DNA of 64,000 nt from Anaerosomatales bacterium (GCA_029210645.1 JARGFT010000007.1:55297-119296), one strand, 5' to 3'. Positions 7,713-15,868 are shown, counted from the stretch's first letter. Program-made: numbers and translations. Notes: generated by a model from the sequence alone, not told the origin.

Positions 7713-9389
7713 CTACACGATGACGCGCAGGATCTCCTCGACGGAGGTGGTCCCCATCCGGACCTTCTCGAGCCCATCCTGTTTGAGGGTGAGCATCCCT
7801 TCGGCGACGGCGGTTCTCTTGATCTCCTCGGCGGTAGCCCCTGCGACTGCGAGCCGGCCTATCTCCTCGGACACGAGAAGCACCTCGTGCACTCCCAGTC
7901 GTCCGAGGTAGCCGGTTCCGCCGCACTTCTTGCAGCCGACCGCCTTGAAGATCCTCTCAGGCAGGTTATCGGCAGGAAAGCCGGCGTCTATAAGCGTTTG
8001 CGGCTTGGGCACGTACTCTTCCTTGCACGAGGGGCACAGCCTGCGCGCGAGTCGCTGCGCGAGCACGCAGTCGACCGCGGATGCCACGAGGAAGGGCTCC
8101 ACACCCATCTCCACCAGGCGCGTCACCGCTCCGGACGAGTCATTGGTGTGCAGGGTCGAGAGCACGAGGTGGCCGGTGAGCGCGGACTCGATTCCGATGC
8201 GCGCCGTCTCCTGGTCCCGGATCTCTCCGACGAGGATGATGTCGGGCGAGCACCGCAGGAACGACCGCAGCGCGCGGGCGAAGGTCAGACCGGCCCTCAC
8301 GTTGACCTGGCACTGGTTGACGCCCGGGACCCGGTACTCGACCGGGTCCTCCGCAGTGAGGATGTGCTTGTCGGGTGAGTTCAGCACGTTGATGGCTGCG
8401 TAGAGCGAGGTCGACTTGCCCGAGCCGGTGGGACCGGTCACCAGGATCGCCCCGTACGGCTTGCGGAACGACGACTCGAAGCGCGCGAGCGACTCGGGCA
8501 GGAAGCCAAGATCGCTCAGCTGCATCAGAATCGCGTCCTTGCGCAGGATCCTGAGTACGATGCGCTCACCGTACACCGTGGGCAGCGAGGAGACGCGGAA
8601 GTCGATCTTGTGACCCGAGACGGTCACCTCGCAGTGGCCGTCCTGCGGCTTGCGCGTCTCCGCTATGTCCATCTCGGCCATGATTTTGAAGCGGCTGACG
8701 ATGGATGCCTGCACGCTGCGGGGGCTGCGCATGACCTCGTGGAGCACGCCGTCAACCCTGAAGCGCACCCGCAGGTCGCTCTCTTGCGGCTCGATGTGGA
8801 TATCGCTCGCCCGCTCGCTCACGGCCTTGGTGATGATGTAGTTCACGAGCTTGACGATGGGCGCGTCCGTCGAAACACCACTCAGACTCTCCAGCTCGGC
8901 CTGGTCGAGCTCATCGGTGCCGATGATGTCGCTCGGGTCGCTGCGCTCGGCGATCTTGTAGTACGTGTCGATGGCGCCCAGGATGTCATCTTTGGTCGAT
9001 ATGCCGGCGCGGATCTCGTGTCCCGTGATGATGCGCAGGTCATCGAGTGCGAGCACGTTCTGCGGGTCGGCCATCGCGACCACGAGCGTGTCGTCGGTCA
9101 TCGAGATGGGCATGAGCGTGTAGCGTTCGGCAAGTTCACGTGGCACCGAGGCCACGGCGTTGGGATCTGGTTTGACCACCGCGAAATCGAAGTGCTCGAT
9201 GCCGATCTGCGCGGCCATCACCGACAGGATCGCGCTCTGCGTCGCGTAGCCGAGATCGACGATGACGCGTCCGAGGCGCTCGCCCGTCGCTTTGTGGACT
9301 TCGAGCGCATCGGCCAGTTGGCGCTCGGTGATGACCCCCGACCGCATCAACAACTGACCGAGCCGATGTCCCGCCCCTGCCACAGTCAT
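7713..9389 (-). CDS. pilB: Type IV pilus assembly ATPase PilB (GspE family), paralog 1
   Basis: 558 aa. N-terminal tandem RLGxxLLxxGxI...Q repeats, Walker A GPTGSGKST, Asp box DPVEYR, Walker B ILVGEIRD, His box GHLVLSTLHTN, tetracysteine CPSC...CKKC. Confidence 0.9.
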   Translation of the reverse strand: MTVAGAGHRLGQLLMRSGVITERQLADALEVHKATGERLGRVIVDLGYATQSAILSVMAAQIGIEHFDFAVVKPDPNAVASVPRELAERYTLMPISMTDDTLVVAMADPQNVLALDDLRIITGHEIRAGISTKDDILGAIDTYYKIAERSDPSDIIGTDELDQAELESLSGVSTDAPIVKLVNYIITKAVSERASDIHIEPQESDLRVRFRVDGVLHEVMRSPRSVQASIVSRFKIMAEMDIAETRKPQDGHCEVTVSGHKIDFRVSSLPTVYGERIVLRILRKDAILMQLSDLGFLPESLARFESSFRKPYGAILVTGPTGSGKSTSLYAAINVLNSPDKHILTAEDPVEYRVPGVNQCQVNVRAGLTFARALRSFLRCSPDIILVGEIRDQETARIGIESALTGHLVLSTLHTNDSSGAVTRLVEMGVEPFLVASAVDCVLAQRLARRLCPSCKEEYVPKPQTLIDAGFPADNLPERIFKAVGCKKCGGTGYLGRLGVHEVLLVSEEIGRLAVAGATAEEIKRTAVAEGMLTLKQDGLEKVRMGTTSVEEILRVIV

Positions 9390-9482
9390 GCCCTTCCCGG
9401 GCGGATACGCATCACTCCGCCCGCACCGTCTAACACTGCCTCAGCGCCATGGTACGACATCCTCCGCGCAGGCAGCCCACGC

Positions 9483-10091
9483 TCACCGCTTCCGCCGGGA
9501 GGACCTCAAGTCGTCGAGGAGCACCGCCGCGAAGCGCTGGAAGCGCGCATCCGTATCCGAACCCGGTCGCACCGCAACGCACGAGTCCCCGAACCAGAGC
9601 TCGACGGCTGCCGTCATCTCGTACCGCGGCCCCTCTGTCGCAGCAACCGTTGCAGGGGGCGCTACCGGCGCCGGCTCTGGCTCAGGCTTAGGTCGGGGCG
9701 GCGCGGGAGACTCCCTGCGACGGCGGGGCGGGGGTACAGGAACCGGGATCGGTGGCTGTGGGACCGGGGTTCGCGGCCGCGGGACCGGAATCGGCACCTC
9801 CGAGACCGGCAGGTTTGCTTCGAGGCTCTGCAGCTCCTCCTCGAGTTTGAGCTCCGGCCACCGCTGGGCCACAGCGTCTTGCGTCTGCACCGGCGCGGGC
9901 GGCGGTGCAGCGGTGTAGTCGTCCAGGTGGGCCGTCCACCACGGCTCTGCCTTGACCGCCTCGGCAGGCTCGGGATTCAGTTCGCTGAGACCGTACCGCT
10001 TGATGAGCGCACGTACCCGAACAAACGCGACAAGACCCACGAGAACAAGCAGTACGAGCGATGCAGCCGGCGCGTAGGTCTCCAGGTTCAC
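9483..10091 (-). CDS. Membrane-anchored proline-rich protein of unknown function (part of the GTPase module)
   Basis: GTG start 3 nt after the GTPase stop. One N-terminal TM helix (AASLVLLVLVGLVAFV) followed by RVRALIKR (C-terminus predicted cytoplasmic), a roughly 100-aa Pro-rich linker and a roughly 50-aa C-terminal domain (GPRYEMTAAVELWFGDSCVAVRPG...). Confidence 0.55.
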   Translation of the reverse strand: MNLETYAPAASLVLLVLVGLVAFVRVRALIKRYGLSELNPEPAEAVKAEPWWTAHLDDYTAAPPPAPVQTQDAVAQRWPELKLEEELQSLEANLPVSEVPIPVPRPRTPVPQPPIPVPVPPPRRRRESPAPPRPKPEPEPAPVAPPATVAATEGPRYEMTAAVELWFGDSCVAVRPGSDTDARFQRFAAVLLDDLRSSRRKR

Positions 10092-10094
10092 CGG

Positions 10095-10610
10095 CTACTC
10101 CATGCTCTCCATGATGCGGTAGAGAAGCGCGAGGAGCACCTGCTTGACCGACTCCCTGTCTCGGGCGTCGACGGCGAGCACCTCGACGGATTCCTCGATG
10201 CCGAGCCGTTGGCGGAGCGCCGCGAGCCGGTCCGGCGAATCCACGCGGTTCGCGGCGATCACGAACGGTACCGACGACATGTTCCGGAAGAAGCTCACGA
10301 TCGCGGTCGCGTCCCCGATCGAGCTGTCGTCTGCGGCGTCGACAAGGACCACAAAACCGAGCATACCCTCGGAGAGCGTCTCCCACATGAACGAGAACCG
10401 CTCCTGGCCCGGCGTGCCGAAGATGTAGAGCACCACCTCATCCGAGATGGTGATGCGTCCGAAGTCCATCGCGACCGTAGTCTCGCCGCCTGCAGACGAG
10501 TCGGTGACGTCTCGCTCCGTGGAGAGCACGGTGATCTCGCTGACAGACTTGATGAACGTCGTCTTCCCCGCATTGAACGGACCGGTGACGACTATCTTCA
10601 CAGACTGCAT
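10095..10610 (-). CDS. Small Ras-like GTPase of the CvnD / MglA-like (COG2229-type) group
   Basis: 171 aa. P-loop GPFNAGKTT, switch-I TTVAMDFGRI, G3 FGTPGQERF (Thr instead of Asp, as in MglA/CvnD), G4 NRVD. Close overall pattern match to Streptomyces conservon CvnD proteins as I recall them. Confidence 0.8.
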   Translation of the reverse strand: MQSVKIVVTGPFNAGKTTFIKSVSEITVLSTERDVTDSSAGGETTVAMDFGRITISDEVVLYIFGTPGQERFSFMWETLSEGMLGFVVLVDAADDSSIGDATAIVSFFRNMSSVPFVIAANRVDSPDRLAALRQRLGIEESVEVLAVDARDRESVKQVLLALLYRIMESME

Positions 10611-10629
10611 GCGGCTGTCCTGTCCCCTG

Positions 10630-12387
10630 TTACAGCTTCTTCAGACCGTCGATGACCTTCATGACGAGCGCCTTGCTGACCGCCTCGTCCCTGCGAAGAC
10701 CGGCGATCTTCCCGGAATCGGGAATGATACCCACGTTGACCGCAGGCCGGCTTCCGCGCGCGCCCGTCAACGCGCCCATCTCGTCACTCATCGCACTCGA
10801 CAGGTCCGGCTCGAACTCGTCCTCGTCGGTCTCCTCAGCGGGCACGATCTCCGCCTGAGGCTCGAGCTCGTCGAGCGATTCGAGCAGGTCGCTGAGGTCC
10901 ACGACCCCCGTCGTCTCCTGTTCGAGCGTGATGGTGAGCTCGTATCCGGGCAGCTGGTCGGGTTCCGGTTCGGGCTCGGGCGCGTGCTCGGGCTCCGGTT
11001 CCGGTTCGTGCGCGGGTTCCGGTTCGGGCGCGGGTTCCGGTTCCGGCGCGGGCTGCCACTCGAACTCAGGCTCCGGCGCCGGCTCTTCTTCCACAAGCCC
11101 CTCTGCGGACTCGACAAACCGCTCCGGAAGCTCACCGATACCGAGCGACATGAGATCGCGCTCGAAGTCGGGCTGTGCTGTCTGCGGCTCGACGACATCG
11201 GCCGTCTCGGCAACGGGCTCCTCGGCAACGGGCTCCTCGGATGGGATGTCGACGTCCTCCGCACGTTCGAGGTCAGGCTCTGCCGGCACGTACTCGACGT
11301 GCGGGGTGACTATCGTGTCCAGCATCTCGGCAAACGAGGTGACATCGTCGGTGGTCGCGGTGGCCGAAGGGCCGGTCAGGAAGGTGGGCGCCTCGGGAGC
11401 GGGCCGGGCATCGGCCGGCGGCTCGGGCTCCGGTTCGGGTTCCGGCTCCGGCACGGGTTGCCACTCGAACTCGGGCTCTGGTTCGGGTTCTGGTTCGGGT
11501 TCCGGCTCGGGCTCCGGCCCGGGCTCGACCTCGGGTTCCGGCTTGGGCTCCGGCCCAGGCTCGACCTCGGGTTCCGGCTCGGGCTCGGGTTCGGGCTCGA
11601 CCTCGGGTTCCGGCTCGGCGGCGTACTCCCCGGCAGGAACCTCTGTCGGAAGCTTCATGAAGTCCTCTTCGACCGCGAACTCCAGCAGGCCGGCCGAGAA
11701 CAGACCGTAGAGGATGCGGGCAACTTCGAAGTCGGTGCGACCGGTGTCCCGGGCAAGCTCGGCGACCGAGCGAGTGCCGTCGACCAGCAGGAGCAGGCTC
11801 CACTCGACCGGCTTGAGCGAGATCTCGAACGTGCCCTCACCGGGGGCGGTCGCCATCTTGAAGATGACGTCCATCGAGGGGACCTTCTTGCGGATTCGCG
11901 CCCACTCGTCGAGACGGCGGCTCCCCTCCATGATCACGTTCTCTATCGAGACCGTGAGCCCGATGTCCTCGTCGACCACCTCGGGAAGGAGTTCGAAGTC
12001 GAACTCGCCATCCTCCCAGCGCATGAGATCGAAGATGGTGTCCTGTATCTGCTCCTGCACGAAGGCCTCGAGGACCTTCTCGGTGATGTAGCCCTCGTCG
12101 ACGAGCACCTGCCCGAGCCGTCGGCCGCCCTCGGGCTCTGCCGAGCGGATCTCAAGAGCCTTGCCGAGCGCGCTCGGCGTGATCTTGCGTGCCGCCACGA
12201 GCCGCTCGCCCAGCAGTTCGTGATGCCAGTTGGACTGCGCGAAGAACACCTCTCCGTCGCGGAACCACACTGCCCCAGCCGCATCTCCGGGTCCGGAGAT
12301 GCGCAGCACACCGGTCTTCCTGCTGAACGTGATCAGCTGGAAGACGTCGGGTAGGCTGAAATCCTTGAGACTGCCTCTGAGGGCCAT
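10630..12387 (-). CDS. PATAN (DUF4388) domain protein with T2SSE_N/MshEN-like repeat, winged-helix-like segment and long Pro-Glu repeat linkers
   Basis: N-terminus [32 protein letters not shown]...[13 protein letters not shown] is the DUF4388/PATAN signature. Residues 58-113 form two GspE-N-like repeats (second is [24 protein letters not shown]). Residues about 195-238 ([40 protein letters not shown]) are wHTH-like, as in DUF742/CvnC. Two PE-repeat tracts. Confidence 0.75.
   Translation of the reverse strand: MALRGSLKDFSLPDVFQLITFSRKTGVLRISGPGDAAGAVWFRDGEVFFAQSNWHHELLGERLVAARKITPSALGKALEIRSAEPEGGRRLGQVLVDEGYITEKVLEAFVQEQIQDTIFDLMRWEDGEFDFELLPEVVDEDIGLTVSIENVIMEGSRRLDEWARIRKKVPSMDVIFKMATAPGEGTFEISLKPVEWSLLLLVDGTRSVAELARDTGRTDFEVARILYGLFSAGLLEFAVEEDFMKLPTEVPAGEYAAEPEPEVEPEPEPEPEPEVEPGPEPKPEPEVEPGPEPEPEPEPEPEPEPEFEWQPVPEPEPEPEPEPPADARPAPEAPTFLTGPSATATTDDVTSFAEMLDTIVTPHVEYVPAEPDLERAEDVDIPSEEPVAEEPVAETADVVEPQTAQPDFERDLMSLGIGELPERFVESAEGLVEEEPAPEPEFEWQPAPEPEPAPEPEPAHEPEPEPEHAPEPEPEPDQLPGYELTITLEQETTGVVDLSDLLESLDELEPQAEIVPAEETDEDEFEPDLSSAMSDEMGALTGARGSRPAVNVGIIPDSGKIAGLRRDEAVSKALVMKVIDGLKKL
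10957..11085 (-). repeat. In-frame Pro-Glu low-complexity repeat (copy 2) containing [15 protein letters not shown]
   Basis: Encodes [42 protein letters not shown]. The DNA is degenerate GGYTCSGG-type hexamer repeats. Confidence 0.85.
11416..11619 (-). repeat. In-frame Pro-Glu low-complexity repeat (copy 1) containing [15 protein letters not shown]
   Basis: Encodes [66 protein letters not shown]. It shares the FEWQP core with copy 2. Confidence 0.85.
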
Positions 12388-12435
12388 CGGTTCCGTCGGT
12401 GCCCTTCCCGGCCGGCTGGTGCGGCCGTTCGATTG

Positions 12436-13110
12436 CTAGCGAAGTATCTCAGCGATGGTATCGGCAGCAGCACGCATGTCGTAGAGCACAAGGCCGAGTT
12501 TGGCCTCCCGGCGCGCGAGGACGGTAAGCACCGCTCGACCGCCGACCTCGACAAGCAACACGTACCCATCCGCACCCTCGATGAACACCTGCGTCAGAGA
12601 GCTCCGACCGAGTTCGGCGGCAGCCCGCTCGCCGAGAGCGAGGATCGCTGCCGACATCGCACCGACCCGGTCCTCATGCATACCCTCGGGCAGCGCCGAG
12701 GCGATGATGAAGCCGTCCAGGCTGACCAGCGCTGCTGCCTCGATATCCGAAGCGTCCTCCATGAGCTCCTCGAGGGCGGTGCGTAGACGCGCCTCCCGGT
12801 TCGAGACTCTGCGGGGAGCGGCAGCAGGTGCTTCCGCGGGTGGCGGCGAGGCCTGGGCCTGAGGCGCAGGCGCTGGTGGCGTCGGCGCCGGAGCCTCGGG
12901 AGCTGGTGGCGCCGGAGCGGGCTCGGGCTGCACAGCAGATGGCTGCGGCGCCGAAGGCGGCGTGTCGGCCACCGGCGCGGCCTGCGGAGCAGGAGCCGGC
13001 GGCACTATCACTGGCGGGGCGGCCCCTTCGCCACCCTCATCGAGCATCTCATCGTCGATGTCGCCAAGCAGGTACTTGTCGATCCCCTCATCGGACACTG
13101 TCGATGCCAC
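12436..13110 (-). CDS. Roadblock/LC7 (MglB/CvnB-like) domain protein with N-terminal Pro/Ala-rich region
   Basis: The C-terminal roughly 115 aa, LEELMEDASDIEAAALVSLDGFIIASALPEGMHEDRVGAMSAAILALGERAAAELG...GYVLLVEVGGRAVLTVLARREAKLGLVLYDM, match the Roadblock/LC7 pattern. Residues about 28-100 are PAPAPQ-type low complexity. Start is uncertain (GTG 13110 abuts the SD; GTG 13098 or ATG 13047 are possible). Confidence 0.75.
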   Translation of the reverse strand: MASTVSDEGIDKYLLGDIDDEMLDEGGEGAAPPVIVPPAPAPQAAPVADTPPSAPQPSAVQPEPAPAPPAPEAPAPTPPAPAPQAQASPPPAEAPAAAPRRVSNREARLRTALEELMEDASDIEAAALVSLDGFIIASALPEGMHEDRVGAMSAAILALGERAAAELGRSSLTQVFIEGADGYVLLVEVGGRAVLTVLARREAKLGLVLYDMRAAADTIAEILR

Positions 13111-13246
13111 CTCCCCTTTCCCGTGAACCGCGCCTCGTCAACGGCGAATCCGAGCACGTGACGAACCGCGTCCCCTCCCCGCAAGTCTCTCACGAAGCAG
13201 TGGTCCCTACAACCGAGAAGCACCTCTACGCTGCGAAAACGCTGGT

Positions 13247-14923
13247 TCACACGACGACGCGCATGATCTCCTCGATCGACGTCAGCCCCATGCGCACCTT
13301 CTCGAACCCGTCGACCTTCAGCGTCTTCATGCCCTCCTCGATCGCCTGGGCCATCAGCTCGTCGGTCGACGCGTTCTCAACCGTCATGCGCTCCATCGTC
13401 TCGGACATCGTCATCACCTCATGGATACCCATGCGGCCGCGGTACCCGATATCGTTACACTTCCTGCACCCCTTGGCGCGATAGAGACGGGGCGGATTGC
13501 CCGGTTCGAACGGAAAACCGATACGGGCGAGTGCTTCCTCCTCGGGCACGTACTCCTCCTTGCAGTCCGGGCAGAGCCGCCTGGCCAGACGCTGCGCAAG
13601 GACGCACGTGATCGCCGATGCGGTCAGGAACGGTTCGATCCCCATCTCGGTGAGGCGCGTGACGGCCGAGGGGGCGTCGTTCGTGTGGAGCGTCGAAAGT
13701 ACGAGGTGGCCGGTGAGCGCCGCCTCGATGGCGATCGTCCCGGTCTCGGCGTCGCGGATCTCACCGATCATGACGGTATCGGGATCCTGTCGCAGGATCG
13801 AACGGAGTGCCGCCGCGAAGGACAGGCCCGCCTTCTCGTGCACCTGCACCTGGGAGAGCCCGTTGAGCCGGTACTCGACCGGGTCCTCGACGGTGATGAG
13901 GTTCGTTCGCACGTCGTTGGTCCGGTTGATCGCGGCGTAGAGCGTCGTCGACTTACCCGAGCCCGTCGGCCCGGTCACGAGGATCGCTCCGTACGGGAGG
14001 GAGAGCGCATCGAGCAGCCTCTGGAGCGGCTGCTCCAGGAAGCCGAGGTCCTCGAGGGACATCATGATGGAGTCCTTACGCAGCAGGCGCATGACCGCCA
14101 TCTCGCCGTGAACGAGCGGCAGCACCGCGACGCGGAAGTCGACCGCATGTCCGTCGAGCACCACGCCGAAGCGCCCGTCCTGCGGGATACGCTTCTCGGC
14201 GATGTCCATGCCGGCGGAGATCTTGAGCCGGCTGATCAGCTGCCGCTGCATCTTCTTGGGGCTCCGGAAGACCTCCTGGCACACGCCGTCGATGCGGAAC
14301 CGCACCCTGAGTTCGTGCTCGTGCGGCTCCAGGTAGATATCACCGGCACCCTGGCGGATGCCTTCGGTGACGATGAGGTTCATGAGCTTTGCGACAGGAG
14401 CGCTCTCGTCCTCGATATCCTCCTCGGCGGTCTCCTCCGACACTGTGACCGAGTCTTCGAGGTCGCCCACCATGCCGTCGACGTTGGCGTGAGCTGCTGC
14501 GAACTTGTCGATCGCCTGGACAAGGTCGCTCTCGGTGACCACGACCGGTCGGATCTCAAAGCCCGTGACGATCCTCAGGTCGTCGATGGCGATCATGTTC
14601 GCCGGGTCCGACATCGCAACCAGCAACTCGTCGTCCTCGATCTTGATCGGAAGGACGCTGTGTCGCCGAGCGAGGTCCGAGGAGAGATTGACGGCCGCGT
14701 TCGGGTCGATGTCGTAGCCGGGCAGGTCGACGAAGTCAAAGCCCAACTGCTCCGCGATGGCGCGCGCAACGGCAGTCTCGGATGCGTGACCGAGATCGTC
14801 GAGTGCGGCGGTCAGGCTCTTGCCCCCGCCAGCGGCTTCGATCGCCTCGGTGAGCTGCTCGGGTGTGATGACCCCTGCGCCGACCAACAGACGCCCGAGC
14901 CGTGCACTGCCCGCTGCACTCAT
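13247..14923 (-). CDS. pilB: Type IV pilus assembly ATPase PilB (GspE family), paralog 2
   Basis: 558 aa, roughly half the residues identical to paralog 1 by eye. GPTGSGKST, DPVEYR, VMIGEIRD, GHLVLSTLHTN, CPDC...CRKC. ATG overlaps the aroE stop (ATGA, 14920-14923). Confidence 0.9.
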   Translation of the reverse strand: MSAAGSARLGRLLVGAGVITPEQLTEAIEAAGGGKSLTAALDDLGHASETAVARAIAEQLGFDFVDLPGYDIDPNAAVNLSSDLARRHSVLPIKIEDDELLVAMSDPANMIAIDDLRIVTGFEIRPVVVTESDLVQAIDKFAAAHANVDGMVGDLEDSVTVSEETAEEDIEDESAPVAKLMNLIVTEGIRQGAGDIYLEPHEHELRVRFRIDGVCQEVFRSPKKMQRQLISRLKISAGMDIAEKRIPQDGRFGVVLDGHAVDFRVAVLPLVHGEMAVMRLLRKDSIMMSLEDLGFLEQPLQRLLDALSLPYGAILVTGPTGSGKSTTLYAAINRTNDVRTNLITVEDPVEYRLNGLSQVQVHEKAGLSFAAALRSILRQDPDTVMIGEIRDAETGTIAIEAALTGHLVLSTLHTNDAPSAVTRLTEMGIEPFLTASAITCVLAQRLARRLCPDCKEEYVPEEEALARIGFPFEPGNPPRLYRAKGCRKCNDIGYRGRMGIHEVMTMSETMERMTVENASTDELMAQAIEEGMKTLKVDGFEKVRMGLTSIEEIMRVVV

Positions 14924-15822
14924 GAACGCTCACCTCCTCCCGCGGAACGCAGTACGAGCTCCTCTTCGGCTGCACGGCGCATGACCTCGCGCGAGGATGT
15001 GCCGTGCGATTCTCCACACCAGATCTCCATCGCGGTCGCACCCTGAGCGACGAGCATCCCCAATCCGTCGACCGCGGTGGCTCCGACCGAGCGCGCCGCG
15101 ACCACGAGCGGGGTCGGCTCGGCACGGTAGATCATGTCGGCCACGATCTGGTTCGCACTCATCCAAGCAGCGGGGACCGGCGACGGGTCGCCCTCCTTCA
15201 TGCCGAGCGGAGTCGCGTTGACCACCAGGTCAGCCGCTGCGATCACCTCGCCGGCATCCTCGTCCAGAACCACGACGTCGACCGCTGTCTCCCGTGCGTG
15301 CGGGCGGGTGCGCTCTGCAAGCGCCTCGGCACTCGCCGGCGTCCGATTCACGATCGTCACCCTGCTTGCCTTGCCGAGCACCAGCGACACGAGCGCCGCA
15401 CCTGCGGCGCCTCCGGCCCCCACAAGCGCGACCGTCGCCCCCGCAGGATCGAAGTCCACGTCGGCTTTGAGTGAGTCCACGAGCCCGCGGCCGTCGGTGT
15501 TGTAGCCGATCAGGCGGCCGTCCACGCAGTGCACGGTGTTCACAGCGCCTGCCATCTGGGCGAGCATCGCGACCTCATCGCACAGATCGAGCATCACCTG
15601 CTTGTAGGGCATCGTCACGTTGAAGCCAACGAACGGAAGTACCCGTATCGCGCCGACCGCGCGGAGCAGGTCGGTCTCGTCGGCAACGGGGAGCGGGACA
15701 TAGACACAGTCGAAATCCGCCGACTCGTAGGCAGCGTTGTGCATCACCGGCGAGAGGCTCTGCTCCACCGGCCAGCCGATAATCCCCGCCAGACGTGTCC
15801 GTCCTGTGATGCGGCCGTTCAT
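14920..15822 (-). CDS. aroE: Shikimate dehydrogenase
   Basis: LAGIIGWPVEQSLSPVMHNAAYE...FVGFNVTMPYKQ...GAVNTV...GYNTDG...LVGAGGAAGA. Internal ATG at 15822 is preferred over the ORF-track start 15900. Confidence 0.9.
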   Translation of the reverse strand: MNGRITGRTRLAGIIGWPVEQSLSPVMHNAAYESADFDCVYVPLPVADETDLLRAVGAIRVLPFVGFNVTMPYKQVMLDLCDEVAMLAQMAGAVNTVHCVDGRLIGYNTDGRGLVDSLKADVDFDPAGATVALVGAGGAAGAALVSLVLGKASRVTIVNRTPASAEALAERTRPHARETAVDVVVLDEDAGEVIAAADLVVNATPLGMKEGDPSPVPAAWMSANQIVADMIYRAEPTPLVVAARSVGATAVDGLGMLVAQGATAMEIWCGESHGTSSREVMRRAAEEELVLRSAGGGERS

Positions 15823-15868
15823 CTCATATGCTCCCGACAGAGGGCATCGATGGCATCCTGGCCCGAGT

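Noticed and set aside
8610-10655. 681-aa plus-strand ORF spanning pilB1, the membrane anchor and the GTPase gene
   Set aside because: It is antisense to three well-supported minus-strand genes. The translation is Arg/His/Asp-rich with no recognisable motifs. This is a typical shadow ORF in GC-rich DNA.
10957-11619. Short G/C-rich tandem repeats considered as a possible CRISPR array or non-coding satellite
   Set aside because: The repeats are only 6-nt-scale, degenerate, have no unique spacers, and lie in frame inside a long ORF (PE-rich linker).
10447-12354. 635-aa plus-strand ORF and the nested 10928..11710 Gly-Ser repeat ORF
   Set aside because: It is the mirror image of the PATAN gene. 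The GSGSGS tract is simply the antisense reading of the Pro-Glu repeats. There is no start context or domain signature.
12458-12465. Isolated GCCGATAC (minus strand) about 70 nt upstream of the PATAN gene start
   Set aside because: It lies inside the Roadblock coding sequence, and no TCAAG/TAAAG element occurs 11-12 nt upstream. This is probably a chance -10-like match.
13247-14923. Second GspE-family ATPase considered as PilT
   Set aside because: It is 558 aa with the N-terminal GspE-N/MshEN-type domain and a tetracysteine motif. PilT-type retraction ATPases are much shorter and lack these.
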